In this document: in pieces, positions 39,496 to 52,755 of the stretch
Layout of the letters: each line of letters opens with the position of its first letter
Numbering within the stretch: position 1 is the first letter of the stretch
Assembly (NCBI GenBank): GCA_951406725.2
Contig: OX597827.1
Span: forward strand, 61,008,001-61,072,000
Length of the DNA: 64,000 bases
Direction of reading: 5' to 3'
Source: Octopus vulgaris
Lineage: Eukaryota
The notes under the pieces: generated by a model
Database searches by the model: none
Told to the model about the DNA's origin: nothing
What the model saw: the letters and a program-made list of their open reading frames with translations, nothing else
Made by a program: the position numbers and the translations under genes

Positions 39496-40055
39496 CAATG
39501 AAAGCAAACAGGCCTAAATTTCAAAGTCACTCTTCTTGTAAAAGTATGTGTGTGTGTGTGTGTATGTGTGTGTGTATTATCACACACACACCTGAAGTTG
39601 AATATATTATTATTATGTTACGTACTTTCAGTTTATAAAACCAGTACTCAGTAAATGTGGTATCTTAATCACTTAAGCCAAGCATGCCACTCACTCCTGG
39701 CACAATACAAATAAAACTGATAAAATGGTAATTTCCAGCATGCTGCCAAAGACCAACAGATTGTTTATATAAATTCTTTAGAACCAAACCTACCTACAAC
39801 TACTTCTGGTTGTCTGTCAAACACCTACTCTGCTTTTAAATATCTTCATTTAAAATTAAAACTTTGCAACATGATTTTATGTAAGGACTTTTCTAGTTGT
39901 GTTCAAATGGCCGATTAATAATAATAAAAGGCATGGTTGCGTGGATATGGAGCTAGTTTCCCAACCATGGGGACTTGAGCTCAATCACACTATGCAGCAC
40001 ATTGGGCAAGTATCTTCTACTATAGTCCCGGACTGACCAAAGCCTTGTGAATGGC

Positions 40056-40235
40056 TTTGGTAGACAGAAACTGAGATAAGCCCTGTTATCTACCAAACCA
40101 TAAGAAATGTCTACCAATGAAAGGTCTACTATGGTTTTGGTAGACAGAAACTGAGATAAGCCTTGTTATCTACCAAACCATAAGAAATGTCTACCAATGA
40201 ATGGTCTACTATGGTTTTGGTAGACAGAAACTGAG
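40056..40235. repeat. 80-bp tandem duplication (about 2.25 copies) with internal inverted motifs, inside a SINE
   Basis: tagacagaaa recurs at 40061, 40141 and 40221. The unit contains ttggtaga/tctaccaa inverted segments. Confidence 0.9.
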
Positions 40236-41283
40236 AAGGGTGGCGAGCTGGCAGAAATGTTAGCATGCCGGGCGAAATGCTTAGCGGTATTTTGTCTGCC
40301 GTTTCGTCTGAGTTCAAATTCCGCCAAGGTCAACTTTGCCTTTCATCATTTCAGGGTTGATAAATTAAGTACCAATTACACACTGGGGTCAATGTAATCA
40401 ACTTAATCCTTTTGTCTGTCCTTGTTTGTCCCCTCTATGTTTAGCCCCTTGTGGGCAGTAAAGAAATAAGAAACTGAGGTAAGCCCAGTGTGTGTGTGTG
40501 TGTATTTGATAACCAGTGTCAGTTTATTACATTCCTGTAAGTTCAGTGATAGAGACTGACAGAATAGGTGCCCAGACTTCAAAAATGAATCCTGGGGTTG
40601 ATATGTTCAGTAAACCCTTCAAGATGCCCTAGCATAGCCACATTCCAATTACTGAAACAAGTAAAAAAAAGATATTATATCAAAAAAAAAAGATAAATAT
40701 CTCCAAATCCTTTGATTGTATCCATTAGGGAGTCACGAAAGGATTGAAATCAAAATTTTTATGTTGCTTTTCACCAATAATTGTATTGTTTTTAAATGTT
40801 TTAAATATTCTGAAAACTGCAATACAAAATGATATATGGCAAGCTTCTTAATTCTTTCTTTACCATATTTCCATTGAAATATACAGCTATTGTTTCAACT
40901 AATTTTGGAAACAATAAAAATATTTGTTAAACTCATTTTTTTTTTTTTTTGAATATTAAACTGAAATAAACATGAAATTTTGACAGAAGGTTTTAATTTA
41001 GATTACTTTAAAATGGAAGTTTGTATCATAGAACGAATGGCAGCTTCTGGTGGGTTTGGTATCAAAATGGTTAGAAACCGTAAGTCAATACTTGTTGATC
41101 TAAATGGGAGTGTGAAAGCATGTTAATTCAACCTAATTTTTTCAGCTTTTATACCATAAATTGAATACAGAGGTTCCTCAAAAATGTGTAACTACATGTT
41201 ATTGAGCCGATCAGCCCAAGTTACTGCTTACAAAGCACTCTTGATAAAAGTGTTCTAGCTATGACCATCCTGTCTTACTTTGA

Positions 41284-41339
<56 letters not shown>

Positions 41340-44300
41340 AATGTGTCCTTCTTTGAAAGTAAGATGTCATTTGTAGAGAAATTAGCTATCTCTAGCAGGT
41401 TGAGCAACCTGTAGTGAGTACCTGACTGGCTATGTGTGTCTGTTTGTGAGTGTAGTGTCATGATAAACTCCTTGTGCAATAATAATTTTTTATTTCATTC
41501 GTTCTATACATGACAGGTGTAGGAGTGACTGTGTGGTAAGAAGCTTACTTCCCAACCTCATGGTTCCAGGTTCAGTCCCATTGCGTGGCACCTCGGGTAG
41601 GTAAATGTCTTGTACTTATAGCCTCAGGCAGACTAAAGCTTAGTGAGTGGATTTGGTAGGTGGAAACTGAAAGAAGCTGGTTCTATGTGTATGTGTGCCT
41701 TTGTTCATCCCCCACCACCTACACTTGCCAACTGGTGTTGGTGTGCTTATGTCCCTGAGTGGTTTGGCAAAACAGACTGATAGAATAAGTACCAGGCTTT
41801 TAAAACCAAAATTCTTCAAGATGGTGCCCCATCATGGCCACAGCCAAATGACTGATACAAGTGAAAGACAAAAGGTAAAAGAGGACAAAATACATCTGTA
41901 AACAACATTCAGAAACCTTCTACATCTAGTTTATCATCACCATGACTCCAATATCCACTTCCCATGCTTGCATGGGTCAGGCAGAATTCACTGAAGCAGA
42001 TTTTTTTTTTTTTACCAGTTGGATGCCCTTCCTGTCACCAACCTTCACCTGTTTTCAAGCAAGGCAATATTTCCCCATGATTGGAATGGTTTCATAGAAG
42101 AATGGAAACAAATGACACTGCTTGTAAGAAGGTAACACACATTTACAAGAACACTGTGTAACATGATTTTTTTTTTTTTTTTGTGCTTGGGTAGAAACTG
42201 TTATTTCCTATTTGCTTACCCTTAGAAATGATGACAAATGGTTAATATTTCCTTCAAACTATACTTTTGTTATGATACTCTTTACTCTTTTACTTGTTTC
42301 AGTCATTTGACTGTGGCCATGCTGGAGCACTGCCTTTAGTCAAGCAAATCGACCCCGGGACTTATTCTATCGGTCTCTTTTGCCGAACCGCTAAGTGACA
42401 GGGACGTAAACACACCAGCATCGGTTGTCAAGCAATGCTAGGGGGACAAACACAGACACAAACATATACACACACATACATATATATATACATAATTATA
42501 ACAGGCTTCTTTCAGTTTCCGTCTACCAAATCCACTTACAAGGCATTGGTTGGCCCGGGGCTATAGCAGAAGACACTTGCCCAAGATACCACACAGTGGG
42601 ACTGAACCCAGAACCATGTGGTTGGTAAGCAAGCTACTTACCACACAGCCTAAAACCCTAAACAATCCCTCTCAACACATGGCTAAAATGTTCCACACTA
42701 CTTCTGCTCATCATCAGAGATGCACAGATTTTCATTTACTAAGGGACATGCTCAAGCAACTGTCAATCAACTGACAAGCAAATCTATGGTATGGAGCAGA
42801 ATATTTGCTATAACGATATTTCTGCTTCAGCAACTCAGCGCTGAATCTGTCTGAAATGTAATGGAAAATAGGTCAGCTTCAAAACATTGATGTTCAGGTG
42901 ACAAAAGCAAAGTTTGAAGGGGATTGTAGTCATTTCCTTTGATTTCGAGATAAAAGCAAATAGGAAATAAGACTTACCGACCAAAGACAAAAACAAAATT
43001 AAAATTGAGTTATACAGAGTGATTAACACCTTTAATGAAATCTAGTGAGCAGAAACAGCTTTGAAGTCCAGTATGTGTAAGTGTGTATATGAGCACATGT
43101 GTATTGGATATGCAGGTTTCTAGTTCTCTATTTTTTTTTTCCTTTTCATGTCTATCTTGTCTTTCAGAAGGAGTGAATATTTGAAACATAAAAGGCATTT
43201 CCTTCTCTTTTTTACATTTCCTGAGCATCAACCTAATACACTCTGGGTTTGTATTTTTTGCTGTCTTTGTGTTGTATTTTTTTCACCATACAAACATCTA
43301 TGTATGTATGTATATATATATATATATAAAACATCTGTTCTATTTATATACATCCTCTCCACAATTATACCTCTTGGATTTTCATAAAGATGCTACAGCT
43401 TATCCTAGCCTTAACCACTGTCATTCTTGCTAGCCGTGTAGTTGGTGGAGAGATTAATGTGAGATCTGTTTGATTCTTTTAGTCCTTATCACTACCATAT
43501 ATATATATATAAATCAACATTTAATATCTGTCTTCTTCCATACAAGGTTTATGTTGCTGGAAACAGTGATGATGATGCACAGTAAGATAGTAGTTCACCA
43601 AACATATTTTGCTAGCATGTGTACCAAACTAAAATAATAATAATTGGGGCCAATATGCCCAACTAAACCCTTAACGGTGGTACCTCAGCATGGCTAAAAT
43701 CTAATAAACGAATATATGTTTTATCAAATTGGAGGGCACCACCAACTCCGGATTGAGATTTTGGAGATTTTAACATTTTCTGTTATTTTGTTTTAAACCA
43801 GTTGTATTTAATGAGCTTTCTGCAATCAAGGAGAATGAGGATCTTAGTTTTCTTTATTTTGTTTCTTTTTTCGTTTCATTTTTTTCTTTGCACCAAACTT
43901 CATGTTTTTTGTATGTTTTTTTTTTCTTACTGTGCAATGTTCTTGTTTTTAAAAAATATGAAACATATAAGCAGAACATGAAAGATTATTTTAAGATACA
44001 TAGCATATTTATATAAATATGTCTGTTCAAGTATCATAGAAGCAGGAAATTATTAGTAGCTCTTTCAGTTGTGTATGTCCCCTCTACATTTAGCCCCTTG
44101 TGGACAATAAAGAAATAAGAATACTCAGTACAGTACCTCGGGTATCTTCTACTATAAACCCAGTTTCACTGTGAGTGAATTTAGCAGACAGAAACTGTAG
44201 AAAGCTCATCATGTTTGTGTGTGTATGCATGAATGTGTGTTATTCCATAGTGTGACTCTTAGTGCAAGTGTCTTCTACCACAGCCACTAGTCATTCCAAA

Positions 44301-45963
44301 CTCTGTGAGTAAAACTAGGCAGACAAAACAGCATACAACTAAATCAAATGACCTTCACATGTCCTTAGGTGGATGACTTAAATCCATTGCTGGGTTTAAT
44401 TGCCTGAACTCTTGGATGCCTTTAGTGATGTTCACTGTTGCATGCATGCATCTGCACCAGGTCACCAGTCTGAGAGTAATTTCATTCTTTTCCCCCATTA
44501 ATTTCAAAAGCCCTCACCCAAAAGTCATGAGATTTTACCCTTCCTTAGACTAAGCAAAAGTTACAAAAAAAGGAAAAAGTTAATGACTCTACAAAAGCCT
44601 ATATTGGTGTACTTCTCATATATTTGGGACAGTGATATTGCATGCTGTATTATACCCACATCTAGTACTGAAATAGTGAAGGCTGATCTCAGGACACTGA
44701 GTCTTGCAAAGATGACAAAGAACCGAGATATCTCGCACCTTGCTGTACTCAATAAGATGAGTCCATCACAGCAACCCTGTGCTAATGCCCTGTAAACAGC
44801 ACCTGTGCTGGTGCCATATAAAAATTACATGGGCCTGATCTGTGTAAAAAGCACCTATGCTAGACCACATTAAAATCACCCATGCTATGCTAAGAGTATG
44901 CCAGAGCACATTGAAAGCACCTGTGCCAAGGCAAGTTGAAAGCACCCATGCTGGTGGCGCCATGTGCAAAGCGCCAGTGATGGTGCCAAGTAAAAAGCAC
45001 CCAGCACACACTATTAAGTGATTGGTGTTAGGAAGGGCATCCAACCATAGAAACCAGGCCAAATCAGACTGGAACCTAATACAGCACTCCAGCTCTGGTC
45101 AAACCAGCCAACCCATGCCAGCTTGAAAAATGAACATTAAAGGATGATGATGGTGATGATGATTCAAGTCGCTCATCCAAACTACCACTAGCTCACAGGC
45201 TGTCTTTCACTGGAGCATCTGAACTTGCTAGTTGCACACCGAGTTCACCAAAGACCAAACAATGTAGCCAGCTCTTCTCCACACAGCATACCACACACAT
45301 CTTCCTAGATCCTTGCTAAACGATTTGCCAAGACATTCCACTCAAGATTGTAACCCTCTGCTACATCCACAATTTTCACACAGGCACCAACCTGACCAAC
45401 TGATTGCCAAACCGATTAACAGCTGAGACTCTACCTCACACATTTTTTTGAGAGGATCTGTAACAGTGAGGGAGAGGAACCTTGCTCTTTGAAGTAATAA
45501 ACAAATGTAACATAGTTAAACATGCATAATTATATGTATACTCGTGTATCAATGCATATAATTGAAGTTAAAACTGCTGCAACATTGCCCAAGAATGATA
45601 ATTCAAATCACAAGAGAGAGACCCAGCACAGAGCACATTAAACTGCTTGTGTTGTGTCTCTCTGATCTCTGACAGATAATTAATCCTTGGAGGCTGACCT
45701 ACCTGAAACCACCCTGAAGCAATACAAATTTCTCATATTAAAGCAATCTAAAAGTCTTCCATCAAAATTCTAAGTTAATTTATATTCTAAACACCAACGA
45801 AATAACAACAAAGTTATTTTAATAAATTCTTCATTATTTTTAAAATCAATCAAAAAACAAAAGGCAGTGTAATAAAGTAACAGAGGGATTATCCAGCGTC
45901 TCGGTTAATTCGTGACTGAAATACATCTAACTAAAAACACAATTTCAGATAAATATACATAGC

Positions 45964-45967
<4 letters not shown>

Positions 45968-46008
<41 letters not shown>
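45968..46008. repeat. (GA)n microsatellite; many (TA)n, (CA)n, (CAT)n and (TAA)n tracts elsewhere (e.g. 24707-24751, 39115-39152, 41287-41337, 22241-22357)
   Basis: Directly visible. Confidence 0.97.
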
Positions 46009-46011
<3 letters not shown>

Positions 46012-46243
46012 AAGGAAGTAATGAGAATGAACCAAATCACCCAACACTGACAGACTATATATTGCATTATATTCATAGCTGTGATTAACATGAGGTTTCA
46101 GCCGTCGTCATTTAAAGGTTTCGTTAAGTAACCAGTCCTGCAAAGTTCTCGACTGTACATCATGCAGAACACAACAGCACAATATACTGATAAACGCATC
46201 CACGGCACAGACACACGCGCACACACATCAGAGATATCCTTAC

Positions 46244-46622
46244 CTTTCATTCCAAAACTGTTGATCTGAGGAGGATGAATTAAAGCGGTTATGGTTAAAG
46301 TCTCTAGAAGGCGGCATTGCTGCTGGTGGGGGCCTGTTACATCTATCAGCATTATAAAGACGGTTGTTCATATCTCCTAACCTATTCACTCTATTCATGG
46401 GATCATAAAAATCTGGGTTAGAGATTTTATGAAAGGCAGGGTCCATGTCTCTGTCTCTTCCAGGTGGTGCAGGAGAGCCTTGAGGATGTCCCCAAGGTTT
46501 ATTATTGTTGTTGTTGTTGTTGTTACTTTTATTATTGTTGTTATTGTTATTATTATTGCCAAAATCACATCTGTTATCTTCCCACTGTGCTCGTTCTCCT
46601 CTGTTCATCCAACTGTCCAGTT
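46244..46622 (-). CDS. YLPM1: YLPM1 coding exon, 5' part hidden in N-gap (contains poly-Asn)
   Basis: Open frame from the gap edge (..LDSWMNRGERAQWEDNRCDFGNNNN..) to TGGAATGAAAG|gtaagg (phase 2), matching the next exon. Acceptor not visible. Confidence 0.8.
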
Positions 46623-46722
46623 NNNNNNNNNNNNNNNNNNNNNNNNNNNNNNNNNNNNNNNNNNNNNNNNNNNNNNNNNNNNNNNNNNNNNNNNNNNNNN
46701 NNNNNNNNNNNNNNNNNNNNNN
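46623..46722. other. Assembly gap (100 N)
   Basis: Run of exactly 100 N, a conventional unknown-size gap. It interrupts a YLPM1 exon. Confidence 0.99.
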
Positions 46723-47951
46723 AAGGGCTCCCCTGTTGACCCACCAGCAAATTGGCTATGAATGTGTGGTTGAGTGAACACAGAAAATAGTGAGAATTAG
46801 ATTGAGAAAGGGAAGGTGGGGAAAGCAGACAGAAAGGTAAAGTGAGATGCAGTCAGAGAGATAGTAGAAAGACAGGTATTCAAAGGTGTGGTGCAGTATG
46901 ACTGAACCCGGAATCAAGTAATTGTGAAACAAACTTTCAAGCACTAAGCCAAGCCTATTCATGTGGATTCTTAAATTCCTTAATGAATTTTTAGGACAGG
47001 CATCCAGCTGTAGAAACTCTGCCAGATCAAAATTGAAGCCTGGTGCAGCCATCTGGTTCACCAGGATTCAGTCAAATCGTCCAACCCATGCTAGCATAGA
47101 AAGCAGACGTGAAACGATGATGATGATGATGATGAATTTGTTTCAAAGTTTCACACAATACAGTAAATGCATCTTAGATCACAGAAATGCAAAAGAAATT
47201 GTTATCGGTAACAGGCACATAACATGTTTATTGGCCAATGCCGGTGTCATATAACTGGCACCTGTACCAGTGGCACATAGATAGCACCTTTTGAGCATGG
47301 AGGCAATGACAAATGACCCGAGACCATTGGCAATATGCCATGCTTCAGAGGAAAACCCATTAAGTCAAGTGAAATCATAGTCGTGGCAGATACTGGAGTC
47401 CGGCAACTGGTACCCATGCTGGTAGCATGTGAACACACCCATTAATTACACTCTTGGAGTGGTTGACATTAAGAAGGGCATCCAACCATAGAAACCATGC
47501 CAAAGCAGACACTAGAGTACAATGTAGTTTTTGGGTTCACTGAATCTTGTGAAGCTGTCCAACCCATGACAGCATGAAAAACAGACATTAAATGATGATG
47601 GTAATGATGCTTAGCATGAAGAATCAGCGAGGATGGGGGCACTTTCAAATAGTTAGTTGCTTCTACTCTACAGTCAGACCTTCAATCCTGCAGGAGCTAC
47701 TTTTCATATCTGCTGCACAGGCAGCAGAATTCAGGGAACAGGGGAGGATGGGTGGGTCATAGGAGGTAAGAGGGTTAGGAAAGTTGGTTTTAGCAACTCT
47801 GAAAGAACAAAAGTAAAAAAAACTGACACCTCTCTCACTACAGAAATATAAATAAGTACAACAAAGCATTTTGTCCAGCGCTCTACCAATCCTAACCATT
47901 GTAACGAAAACAAAAGAAAGAGAGGAATAAAATAGTTTGAAAATTACTTAC

Positions 47952-48743
47952 AGTCCGACAATTTCCATCATCCCTGTTCATATTGGGAAAGTTCATATCA
48001 TGACAATCTCTTTGTTGTAGGTTAGGGCGCCCAGGAAATCCGCCCCGTTGGGCCATCATCATGCCACCACGTCCTCTTCGCGCAGAGCCCATTGCCATCA
48101 TTTCCCTTTCATCAGCACCTGGGAAGTCCATGTTTCCATCACGGTTTTTAGGAAACCCCATAGAATTAGGCCTGCAATCAGGAGGCATGCGGCCCTCTGG
48201 TCTGTTATCACCAGGGCCTTCGCTAAACTGTTCGCCTTCCTTATCACCCCTAAAAGGTGGGCCCACACCTCCATCACGCATCATCATATCTCGGTATGGC
48301 GGCCCTGTGCCACTGCCGCCACTACCACCAATACCACCACCACCACCTGGAGGACAAATACGCGGATTGAATTCAGGCCGTATATTTATTAACATTCTAG
48401 GTGGAGGAGGGGGATTCACACTGAATCCTGGCCCCGGTCCCATTCTTTGCATCTGTTGACCCCATTGGCCTTTAAATGGAGGTCTTTCAAACTGAGGTGG
48501 TCCTGGTGAAGGCTGTTGTTGACCACGATTTCTGAAGTTTGGACCTTGGTCACCAGATGGTTGCCCAGGGTCAAGCTGCCCCCAGTTATCATTCTTCATA
48601 GGCATCTTGTTTTGAAAATCTTGAGGTCCATCTTTCAAATTGCGTTGTTCATTTGATGAACTATCAGAGTCCTGTTTGGGCCATTGTTGTCCATCTAATT
48701 TACCGGACCCTGCCTCACTTTTATCATCATCTTTCCTTGGAAT
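47952..48743 (-). CDS. YLPM1: YLPM1 coding exon (Gly/Pro/Arg/Met-rich low complexity, RGG)
   Basis: cctttttcag|ATTCCAAGG ... CGGACT|gtaagt; 792 nt, phase 0->0. Overlaps ORF 47892..48638. Confidence 0.88.
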
Positions 48744-49026
48744 CTGAAAAAGGAAGCAAAAAGCCTATTTTAACTAACTCAACACACAATAATTGCAGCT
48801 ATTGTAGGAACATGTATTTCACAACTATTTTATCTTTCTTAAAAGCAACTGATCAATTGCAAAGTTAGATCTTTCTGAAAGGCAAATCAATCAATAAATT
48901 AGAATGGCCACAAGTATTACAACTGCCAGTGAATAATTGGCAAATCTAAAAGACAAAAACACTTTTAAAAAAGTAAAAAACTTATGCTACTTAGGTAGTG
49001 GCAATGATGGCTTAGTAGGTAATGTA

Positions 49027-49592
49027 TTGGGTTGTCCGGAAAGTTTGTGCCGATTTTTAAAGGAAAGAAAAAGGTCAATAATTACTTGTCATTACATTTT
49101 TAATCAATTAAATATGAACCATTTTGTTGCACAATGTGTTTCCATCTTTCCTTTAACTAGAAAATACCCCCTTCCCAGAATTGAGGTGGTTTCATGGCAA
49201 AGAATTCATCAAGGTATCTTTTTACATCATCGAAGGAATTGAAATTTTTACCATTAAGACTATTTTGCAGAGACCTGAATAAGTGAAAATCCGAAGGAGC
49301 AATATCTGGTGAATATGGAGGGTGGGGTAACACATCCCACCTGAGCTGCAGCAATTTTTGTCTGGTTCCCAAAGCATCAAGTGCCGAAAATGAACTTTCT
49401 TATCTTCCATTTTAAAGGGTTACAGAATTAACACAGGATATAGGAACATAAATCTTCTTCCATGAAATGACAGCTTAAACTGTGCTCTAAATGGAGGTGT
49501 AGTCAAATCCTATTTTATTGACTCAACTATGTTCTAAATTAAATCGAAAGGTAAGCTACTATAAATTGGTACAAACTTTCCGGACAACTCAA
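49027..49592 (-). mobile_element. Internally deleted mariner (Tc1/mariner, mellifera-like) transposon
   Basis: 30-bp TIRs (ttgggttgtccggaaagtttgtgccgattt / aaattggtacaaactttccggacaactcaa) flanked by TA. The transposase N-terminus MEDKKVHFRHLMLWE is fused out of frame to the C-terminus WDVLPHPPYSPDIAPSDFHLFRSLQNSL. Confidence 0.95.
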
Positions 49593-50545
49593 TAGAATGC
49601 AGACATTTGACATAGTTTAATTTAATTTTACTTGCTTCAGTCTACTTAGCCAGTGAAAACATTGGGTATCAAGTACCAACTATCTATGAGAGAACTTTGT
49701 CATTTATCAACCTAGTGTTGCTGCTGTGCAAACTGGGACAACTCATCAATGCTGGATGGAAGCTTAGAGTTTCTGGAAACACTGCTTACCCGCTATCACA
49801 TACAGTTCTACAAGAGTACAAAGATATCCAAATTTGGTGTTTCTGTCACAAAGCAACCTATGCATTGATCTCAGAAATGAATATGAAGAGAGGAAGATGT
49901 CTCATTTTCAGTTTTCACAACAGAAATAATCGTAAGATAAATACACATATATATAGTCTTGTTACAACTTCTGATAGATTTTATTCAGCTTTCAAGTTCA
50001 AATAGATGAAATGATCTTACTAGTAGACAACCTAATAAAGAGTCAAGCAACACAATCCTTCAATTGAACAGACAATAGTGGAGATCTCTCTTTTCACATA
50101 CCTACAGATGTCAGCAATCATGGACTTCCATGCCAAAGTCTGAAGAGTCACAAGTTTACCTTGGCTAACGTACAGCAGCGGTCTCATGTTACCTTCTATC
50201 AGTTTATTTAGTTTATTTTGCTGGTCTGCTGACCCTGAAACTTACCGCCGAGGCACAGGGTCTATTTGATCCTAAAGCAGAGGGACTGGTTCACATGACA
50301 GCATGATATGTCCACACACAAGTGAGCTTGTGCAACATGTATAAGGAACCTCAAAGCCATGTGTATTTGAGCCACAGGATTATCTTCAGTAATTCAACCC
50401 ATAACAAGAGCTCTTGACAGGTACAAGCACCCCAAGCCAGAGCTGACCTGGAAGGTAACTATACCCTCCTAAACTCCTGACCTCCCAAGCTGGGGCCTCA
50501 ACACAGGATGCAGCTTAATGTCTTGCCCTAAACAATACTGTAGAT

Positions 50546-50764
50546 CAGTGGTTTTCAACCAGGGTTCCGTGGAACCTTAGGGTTCCGCCAGTACAGTCCA
50601 GGGGTTCTGCAAGAAGTTACAAAACTGCTAAAATCGGCAGTAATTTTTAATTCTCCTGTGCAGATATGTGTGCATAAGACTATTAAATTATTGCACACGG
50701 GTTCCTCGAGCCAGTGGAATGTTTCTTTGGGGTTCCGCTCCAGTAAAAAGGTTGAAAAGCACTG
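50546..50764. mobile_element. hAT-type MITE
   Basis: TIRs cagtggttttcaacc / ggttgaaaagcactg; perfect 8-bp TSD ctgtagat (50538-50545, 50765-50772). Confidence 0.93.
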
Positions 50765-51877
50765 CTGTAGATACTCAATCATTTATTCTCTTTCACTTGT
50801 CATGGAACAGCTTCAAGTCAAGCAAACATAAATAAAAGTGCTTTGGGACTGGACCACAGTTGAAGTGAACAGACATCACAGCAAATGTCCATGCTATATG
50901 TTTCACCATACTGATTTTAGAGATGTACTGCATTGCTATAATCAGAGTATATTTTTCTGTCTTTTACTAGATTGCATAAGCATTGACTTAGTGTAATATA
51001 TATAGAACACATAAATTCCATTTCCAGATTAAAGGGTAAAGAGCCCCTTCAGTCATGAATGACCATAGGATTACACTTAGAAAGTTACCCTCCAATGCCT
51101 AAGTCCAGGCAAGGTTGTTTATGGAAGACCAGCAGCCTCCCTCCACTAATGTTATCCAAGGGAAAGGCAAAGGCTGATACAGCTTGGCACCAGTGACATT
51201 GCAACTCATTTCTACATCTCAGTGAACTGGAACAACATGAAATAAAGTGTCTTGCTCAAGAACACAACACACAACCTGGTTTGAGAATCAAACTCACTAC
51301 CTCATGATTGTAAGCCCGACACTAACCACTGAACCATGTGCCTTCACAGTTCCAGATTATCAACAAAATATCTTCAAGTCAGTAAGTCTAAGTGCCGTTG
51401 CTAGCTTTCCTTTCATTTGTTTCAGTCAGTAGATTGCAGTTATGCTAGGCCATTAACCTCGAAGGGTTTCATCAAATATATAGACCCAAATATTTATTCT
51501 TTTTTTTTTTAAGCCTTGTAATTAACCTATCGGTCTCTTTTTAGCAAACTGCTAAATAACCGGGAAATAAACACACCAACACCAGTTATCAAGCTATGAT
51601 GGTAGACAAACACAAAGACACGCACACACATACAGACGTTTGTGTGTGTGTGTGTGTATGTATGTACAGGCTTCTTTCAATTTCTGTCTACCAAATCCAC
51701 TCATAGGATTTTGTTGGCTCAGAGGTATAAAACTTACCCAAGGTGCCACATAGAGAGACTGAACCCAGAGCAATGTGGCCAAGAAGCAACTTACCTCGTT
51801 TTTGTATGGATATAACAAACTTAAAAGAATAGGATGCAAATAAGACATTAAAAAAAAGGGGACATGATCTGAGATAC

Positions 51878-51935
51878 CTTTGCACTTGGTTCTCCACTTC
51901 CTTTTAATGGTTCCATTTTGTCACTTTTGCCATCC
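51878..51935 (-). CDS. YLPM1: YLPM1 small coding exon (DGKSDKMEPLKGSGEPSAK)
   Basis: catttcttttag|GGATGGC ... GCAAAG|gtatct; 58 nt, phase 2->0. This is exactly the phase bridge needed between the 54243 donor (phase 2) and the 48743 acceptor (phase 0); joining those two directly hits a stop. Confidence 0.75.
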
Positions 51936-52481
51936 CTAAAAGAAATGCAAAAAATTTACTGAAGTTAAATATTCTTTATTTAATGTCAATATTAAACATA
52001 TAGGACAGGCAAAATATGTATTTGAAAATGTCAATTATTCATTAAAATGATTAAAACAAAAGCAACTGCTAAAGCTTAATGTGAAAGAATATGTTATTCA
52101 CACATCAATTTACCAATGTTCACACACCTGAGACTGTTTTATCTATAAGAGAATGTGATTTTACATTGAGCCGCCCTTTCTACCGTTAGCCACTCAACAG
52201 TGAAAAATGTTTTTATTGAACCAGGAAAATTATAATAAGAGTTACATGGCTTTATCAGAAGTATGATATAATGGCATTCATAAGATCTAAACTTATGAAT
52301 ATATAATCCAACACCTTAACCTCAAATTTGTTTCGTATGTTGTTTAGGCTGCCCCACCGAAAAACTTTATTTGTCCATCATTAAACCACCAGGTCCTCTT
52401 CTTGCAGAGCCTACTGCCATCATATACTTATTTTCAGCAGCCAGCAAGTCCATCTTTGCGTCATGATTTTTTAGAAAATCT

Positions 52482-52755
52482 GAATCTTTTCGCTTTGACC
52501 GGCAGAGTTTTAAAATAATTTCTTTGTAACTAAACACTTTTAAACTTTGTATACTGGTAGAATGTGTTTATAAAACATCTTTTTCTCTTGGCTTTCTTGA
52601 GAAAATTCTGTAGTTTGTAAGCTATTTGTTGTTTAATTTCTTGCATTTCGGCAATTTCAACCAATCAACGACATCTATTGAGGTGAAAACAATTTCTCCG
52701 AATCTATGTCAACAACAATTATTTGCGGTGTCATATGAATTTGTCACTGTTATTA
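52482..52755 (+). mobile_element. Solo, more diverged arm of the same foldback family
   Basis: Colinear with 60228-60512, e.g. tgtaactaaacactt..aaactt.gtatact.gtagaatgtg and aatttcaaccaatca. Confidence 0.85.

Noticed and set aside
42760-42980. Acceptor-like (ttacatttcag) and donor-like (gtaagt) sites in the 12.8-kb intron
   Set aside because: They do not pair into an exon, there is a stop after 4 codons in the required phase, and the flanking exons already join in frame.
47663-47800. Additional YLPM1 exon after a strong polypyrimidine acceptor (ttctttcag)
   Set aside because: In the required phase 0 it reads AGT TGC TAA (immediate stop), and there is no convincing donor.
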